Under the pieces are notes generated by a model that was not told the origin of the DNA, searched no databases, and was given only the letters and a program-made list of their open reading frames with translations. A program made the translations under genes and the position numbers. Positions 10,731 to 15,702 of a DNA stretch of 15,702 nucleotides are shown here, in pieces; position 1 is the stretch's first letter, and the number at the start of each line of letters is the position of its first letter. Source of the DNA: Piromyces finnis finn (Eukaryota > Fungi > Neocallimastigomycota); NCBI GenBank assembly GCA_002104945.1, contig MCFH01000214.1, positions 1 to 15,702 of the forward strand. The letters are read 5' to 3'.

Positions 10731-11440
10731 TGTAAAAGTTTTATAAAAATTTAAAACAGATTATAAAATTTTACAATAAAACAAAAACACAAAAATAAAA
10801 TAAAAAAAAAACAAAAAAAAAAAAAAAAAAAAATATGTTTAAATATCTCTTTTTATTAATTTTATTTAGTTATTAACTAAATAATAGTCAATAACAATTA
10901 CATTGTTTTATTTTGAAATTTTTACATGTATTTATATTTTTTGTAAAATATACTTTAATATACTATTCTATTTAATTATATATATATTCAATAGAAAATA
11001 AACAAAACTAAATTAATACTAATTTAATTAAATAATAAAATAATAAAACTAAACTAAAACTAATTAAATACACTTTTGATTCAATTTGAGTAAACTATAA
11101 ATTAAATACAGTCCATGTATTACCTATATATTAATTAAATATTAATAATACTATTTATTATATCTTTGCTATTAAAAAAATGCTAATTTAAAACTACGCT
11201 AAAGTTATTAAACTAATTTTAATTAAATAAAAACTTTTTAAGATTTAATTTGAATATTTAAAATATTTAAATTTAATTATCCATTAATTTAAATATTTAT
11301 CCAAATTTCATTTCTAACTTTGATATTTTAAAATTAATCTTTATTTAATTATTCCATAAAATTTATACAATAAATTTTATAATTAATTTTTCATTAAAAT
11401 ATCAAAATTATTATTTAATAATTATTTAATTAATTATTAA
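10731..11440 (+). mobile_element. Solo LTR 'C' (710 bp), missing its last 28 bp, with imperfect TSD CTATT/CTATC
   Basis: Starts TGTAAAAG and aligns with LTR B up to B position 6823. Flanks are 10726-10730 CTATT and 11441-11445 CTATC. Excision gives in-frame IKTHDS|DSDIKNNSNGVDH. Confidence 0.9.
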
Positions 11441-12644
11441 CTATCATGCGTCTTAATGAATATATTATTTGGATTTGATGCATCCAAATTATTAATATTA
11501 TCAAGTAGACTTTCATCAGGAGAGGTAGTAATATTTTCCTTTTTGGTTTTTTTGTATTACTTTGAGAAGTTTTCTTTTTGTCTCCTTCAATATTTTCATC
11601 TAAATGAACCTTTTTCTTTTCTTTTGCTTACTTTTTAGGATGTTTAATTTCAACTTCAGATTCTGAGGACATCTTCTTTCTTTTGATACTATCCACATAA
11701 TAATATTTCATTTCTTCTGGAGCGTTATTATTTACGGGAGAACGCTCACTCCCGTCTAATAGTTTAAAGAATCATTTTCGGAGTCACTAGAGTGTTCTTC
11801 TTCAAAGTTATTGTTATGTTTACTGCGACTCATCATATCTTGATATTTCATACATTCATATTTAGAATACTCAGGACAACTACTCTTCTTGTGACCAGAT
11901 GTGACCAGAGTTACAGCAGAAATAACAAATTGAACTTTGAAAGGATTGGTATTATTTTTTACTAATCCTCTCACTATATTCTTCAGGCTTATTAATATTG
12001 GCTTTCTTCTGAAAACTAGAGTTTCCCCCACTACCACTATTTACTCGAGAAGAGGAGCCAAAAGAAGACTTACTAGTAGATTTATTCTTCATTTTCCTTA
12101 TCAACTTTGTCATATAACTCTGCAATTTTGAATGCTTCATTTAATTTGATCCATCTACCAGTTAGCTTAACACCTTTCCATAATTCCGTTCTTGATTTAA
12201 TTGCATTTAAATAGTCGCCACAGTAATACCATTTTGATCAAAAGATTCAAGTTGATTATACTTACTTTTGTACTTTTTATTGAATTCTTTGATATCCTCT
12301 TTGTTGCCTATTTTTAATTACTTTAAGTCGTCAATTATATCTTCCGGCTTGTATTCCAGGTCGTACAAATTTTTGAGAATATCTCTTATGGTCTCCAAGT
12401 CTGGGTAGATTTTTCCATTTGGACCATGAGTAATGCATCTTCTAATCTCCTTGGCACCGCTACCCTTGACAGTAAGTAAGCACCATTCGTAGATTTCCTT
12501 CTTGTCGGTCGATCTTGTGAAGGTCCGTCCAAGCGTGCATATTTGTTCATACCACATGTCAACATCATTATCTTTATCACTGATGCCAGTGACACGTTGA
12601 AGTGTGAGGATTTTATTTTGTTGTCTTAAAGCTTCTTCAGGCAT
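11441..12644 (-). pseudogene. gag relic (capsid-like region, CCHC zinc knuckle, basic/low-complexity tail)
   Basis: The likely start is ATG at 12644 (MPEEALRQQ). The frame continues past the TAA at 12318 (LKIGNKEDIKEFNKKY). The knuckle CYFCCNSGH-KKSSC (CX2CX4HX4C) at 11876-11927 appears once a 10-bp duplication is removed. Confidence 0.88.
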
Positions 12645-12769
12645 TTTTATAATAGAATACATTATATATATATACATATATAAATAACACAAAGTAAAAT
12701 TATTTTAAATCAGCAACTACTATTCAAAATAATTAAAATACAACTACAATCACTCCTCCCTTAAAAGAA

Positions 12770-12784
12770 CCGATATCTCCACCA
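12770..12784 (-). promoter_or_regulatory. Primer-binding site, complementary to a tRNA 3' end (best guess tRNA-Ala)
   Basis: Minus strand reads TGGTGGAGATATCGG, 126 nt upstream of the gag ATG. The implied tRNA end is CCGA-TATCTCC-A-CCA (U70, C71, C72, A73). Confidence 0.75.
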
Positions 12785-13043
12785 AATAATATAACACGGT
12801 TCAATTCAATCTTATTTTTCAAGGGTTTTTGTGATTAAATACTTTATTGATTATTAATATTAATAATACAAAACGTGTTTTCAATAATTCATATTTTCCA
12901 TAATATATACTAAATATTTAATTTAAGAATAAGTAATATAAAATTTAATTTAGAACTAGAAATAATATAAATATAATAAAATTAGTAATAATATATAAAA
13001 TAAATATAGAAACATTAATGAAATAAGAAATAACATTTATTTA

Positions 13044-13419
13044 TGTACAATAATATCTCGTGATAATCATAATTTAAATATACGCCACGACTATAACTTT
13101 TTATGTAAACTTAAGATTTTTGTAGTAAATAAATTTATGGATTTTATGTAATTATTATATATTTACCAATTTATAATAATTAAGGTTTATAATTTATATT
13201 TTATATCAATATTAAATAAATAGTTATAATATAATATAAATGTATTTAGGAAAAATATAAATAGAAGGTATTTTTCATCATTTTATCGATGTAATTGTGA
13301 TTAACAATTTTATTACAGTAAATTAATAAAAAAAATTTATATAAAAACATATTTATTCTGTGTTGTTACTGTAAAAGATTAGATGTCGTAATCTATTCGA
13401 TTTTGTGTCTAGCTTTACA
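13044..13419 (-). mobile_element. Internally shortened LTR 'E' (376 bp), a relative of LTR D in the opposite orientation
   Basis: 13226-13297 is a near-identical reverse complement of about 7531-7603. The minus-strand start TGTAAAG...GAATAGATTACGACATCT aligns with the start of D, and the GTGGCGT box and TGTACA end match the end of D. There is no clean TSD (ATTTA vs CAATT). Confidence 0.7.
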
Positions 13420-13800
13420 CAATTTTATGACAATTCGTATTATATAATATTAATATTAATATTTAGTTTAAAATTATAATTTTATTTCTATTTTTATTTT
13501 TATTCTTATTATTAATATCAATGCATTTTTATTAAATGTAAGAAAAAGTGTTTAAACAAAGAATTAAAGTAGTTTTTGAAGTTCTTTGAAAGATTAGCAA
13601 TTTAATAATATAATTAATAAAATATTAGTAACATTAGCATAACTTAATAAGCAAAACTAATAATGAATATATTTTATAAATAACCAAATAAAATTAAGTA
13701 AAAAATTTTTTTATTAGTTTATTATTTTAAAATAAAATAAAAAAAAAAAAATAACTAAATAAAAAAACATTTGATTATGACGATAATGAATATATTATTA

Positions 13801-13821
13801 TTGGTTGTTGTTGTTTGTTGT

Positions 13822-13858
<37 letters not shown>

Positions 13859-13920
13859 GTTGTTGTTGTTGGTTGTTTGTTGTTGTTGGTTGTTGTTGTT
13901 GTTGGTTTGTTGTTGTTGTG
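13801..13920. repeat. Imperfect (GTT)n/(AAC)n microsatellite
   Basis: About 40 units with several single-base indels. Confidence 0.95.
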
Positions 13921-13989
13921 TTTTATTATTATTATATATCGGTATATTGCTTTATAGTTTAATATTTATGCATGGTTTTTAAAATAAAG

Positions 13990-14013
13990 AAAAAAAAAAA
14001 ATTCTATTTAAAA
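13990..14013 (-). terminator. RNA polymerase III terminator(s) downstream of tRNA-Met
   Basis: Minus-strand T4 at 14010-14013 and T12 at 13990-14001. Confidence 0.75.
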
Positions 14014-14018
14014 TAATA

Positions 14019-14093
14019 TGCGAAGTGTGAGGTTCGAACTCACGACCTTAAGATTATGAGACTTACGCGCTGCCCGACTGCGCCAACTTCCGC
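14019..14093 (-). tRNA. tRNA-Met(CAT), elongator type
   Basis: D stem GCGC/GCGC, anticodon arm TAAGT-CTCATAA-TCTTA (anticodon 14056-14058, T31:T39 as in eukaryotic elongator Met), T arm GTGAG-TTCGAAC-CTCAC, G1:C72 and A73. The acceptor 5' strand has one extra G (GCGGAAGT vs ACTTCGC). Confidence 0.93.
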
Positions 14094-14103
14094 ATAAATA
14101 TTT

Positions 14104-14187
14104 CGTCACCTGCAGGACTCGAACCTGCGCTCCCCAAAGGGAAATGGCTTAGCAGGCCACCGCGTTAACCACTCCGCCAAAAGTGAC
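14104..14187 (-). tRNA. tRNA-Ser(GCT), intronless, long variable arm
   Basis: Acceptor GTCACTT/AGGTGAC, G73, anticodon arm GTGGC-CTGCTAA-GCCAT (anticodon 14151-14153), variable arm TTCCC-TTT-GGGGA and T arm GCAGG-TTCGAGT-CCTGC. There is one extra T between the acceptor stem and G9. Confidence 0.94.
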
Positions 14188-15702
14188 TACTTTATAGCTT
14201 TTATAAAAAAAAGCGATTTTTTATTAAAGAAAAGTGTGGTAAGCACACTAGTTTATATTAACTAACAAATATAATACGCTTTCCTATTAAAGGCGTAAAG
14301 CTAATGATATTTATATAAAGAAAATTAAATAATATCTTATTTTAGTAATAACTTAATATCAGAAATATATTAAGTTATTAAAAAATATTAAAAATTTTTA
14401 AAATTGTAAGGTTTTATAGGAGTTTATAAATTTTATTGACTTTAAGTAAAAAAAAAATTACTAACGCTAAAAGCTTCGTAATTTTTGTCAATTTTTGTTC
14501 TTTTTATACATGAACAATTTTAATTATTACATTTTTAATTTTAATTAACTATTGTTTTAATTATAAAATATTTAATTTTTTATAAATTAATAATTACTAT
14601 AATTATTGTAAATAGTTAATAAATTTAAAATAAAATTTTTAATAATAAAATTTTAATAATTGAAAAAAATTTAATAATCTCAAAGGATTAGAAATTTTAT
14701 ACTTTGAATTTTTTTAATAAAAATTTAAAAAAATAAATTTTATTTTTTTTCCATGTGTCAAAATTTTTTAAATTTTTATATATGGTATTGTGACAGACTT
14801 TTGATAAAGAATAAAATTTATAAATAATCAATCAATATAAACTCTGACTTAAAAATTTTATTATAAATCTAATATTAAATTAAAATAGTAAACAATTAAA
14901 ATAATGTAAAATATAAATATTTAATTAAATTTTAAAAATGTAAAATATAAACAATTTTTGTTTATAAACAAACTTAAATGTAATTAAATAGTATAAATTG
15001 AAATAGAAAACATTATTTTAAAAACTGTTACTAATTAGCCAGGAAAATTAGAATATTTTAATAATAAAATAATAAATTAATTTTTAATATATTTCTTTTA
15101 TAATACATAGCGAGATGTATTATACATTTTTTCTAAATAAATAAACTAATATTATAAAACAAGATGTTTTTAAAACTTTAAATTATATTTAGTATTTATA
15201 TAAACTTGTAGAATGAGCAAGTGAGCAAGTAAAAATAAATCATTCAATTACATACAAATATAACCACTTTCTAAACCTATTTAGAATTAAGTATTTGAAC
15301 TTGTGGTCACTTTTGTAAAAGGTTTATTATATTTTTTCTATAAGAGGGATAGATTTATATATATTATTTTATATAAAAAAATATTACAATAATAAATAAA
15401 TAACAACCTCTCCACACGAGCTAGTATTATATGTAATGTTTTTATAATTTAAAATTTATAAAGAAATCAGTAATTAAATAATGAATAAAACAATTTAGTT
15501 ATATATAATAATAAATGTTTATTCGCCTTATTTTCTTACTAATATAAAGTATCTTTAACTATTTTAAATATAACTATTCTTTATTATTAATTATTTATTA
15601 CATTATTTTACTTTAATACTAACGCTAAAGTATTAGCGTTTGTTTACATGTTTTCTTTTATAATATTATTATATATATTAACTATTATTGGTTAATAATT
15701 AA

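Larger units (their letters stand above)
5125..12784 (-). mobile_element. Degenerate Ty3/gypsy (Metaviridae) LTR retrotransposon, 3'-truncated, carrying three nested solo LTRs
   Basis: The domain order gag(CCHC)-PR-RT-RNaseH-IN is diagnostic of Ty3/gypsy. There is a PBS at 12770-12784 and multiple stops and frameshifts. No 3' LTR or terminal PPT is identifiable in the window. Confidence 0.96.

Noticed and set aside
6126-11440. B and C as the paired LTRs of one full-length element
   Set aside because: Each has its own different TSD, there is no adjacent PBS or PPT, and the enclosed pol continues in frame beyond both.
11456-12131. Plus-strand ORFs 11456-11638 and 11937-12131
   Set aside because: They are antisense shadows of the A-rich gag relic.
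12386-12595. 69-aa minus-strand ORF overlapping gag
   Set aside because: It is an alternate frame of gag with no independent support.
13771-13962. 63-aa poly-Leu/Val/Cys ORF, or a poly-Gln/Asn exon on the other strand
   Set aside because: It arises from the (GTT)n microsatellite. Frequent single-base indels shift the frame and the flanks are non-coding.
14233-14253. Helitron 3' end (AGTGTG/CACACT hairpin with CTAGT), and similarly CTAGT at 15421
   Set aside because: The hairpin is short and overlaps CTAG instead of lying upstream of it. No TC 5' end or Rep/helicase remnant was found.

Overview
This window is extremely AT-rich eukaryotic DNA. An anaerobic gut fungus (Neocallimastigomycota) is a plausible host from composition and element type, but that is inference only. 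No intact host protein-coding gene is supported. About 7.7 kb (5125-12784, minus strand) is a dead Ty3/gypsy LTR retrotransposon in the order PBS, gag with a CCHC knuckle, PR, RT, RNase H, IN. It is broken by stops, frameshifts and short tandem duplications and ends abruptly after the integrase core. Three solo LTRs of one TGTAA...TTACA clan sit inside it (6126-6851, 7408-8169, 10731-11440). Each has its own 5-bp target-site duplication (TSD), and removing each one in silico restores an open reading frame. A fourth TSD-flanked solo LTR lies at 2290-3224 and a shortened, inverted relative at 13044-13419. At the right end, tRNA-Ser(GCT) and elongator tRNA-Met(CAT) lie head-to-tail, 10 nt apart with no Pol III terminator between them, which suggests a dimeric tRNA transcription unit. 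The rest is mini- and microsatellites and low-complexity DNA.
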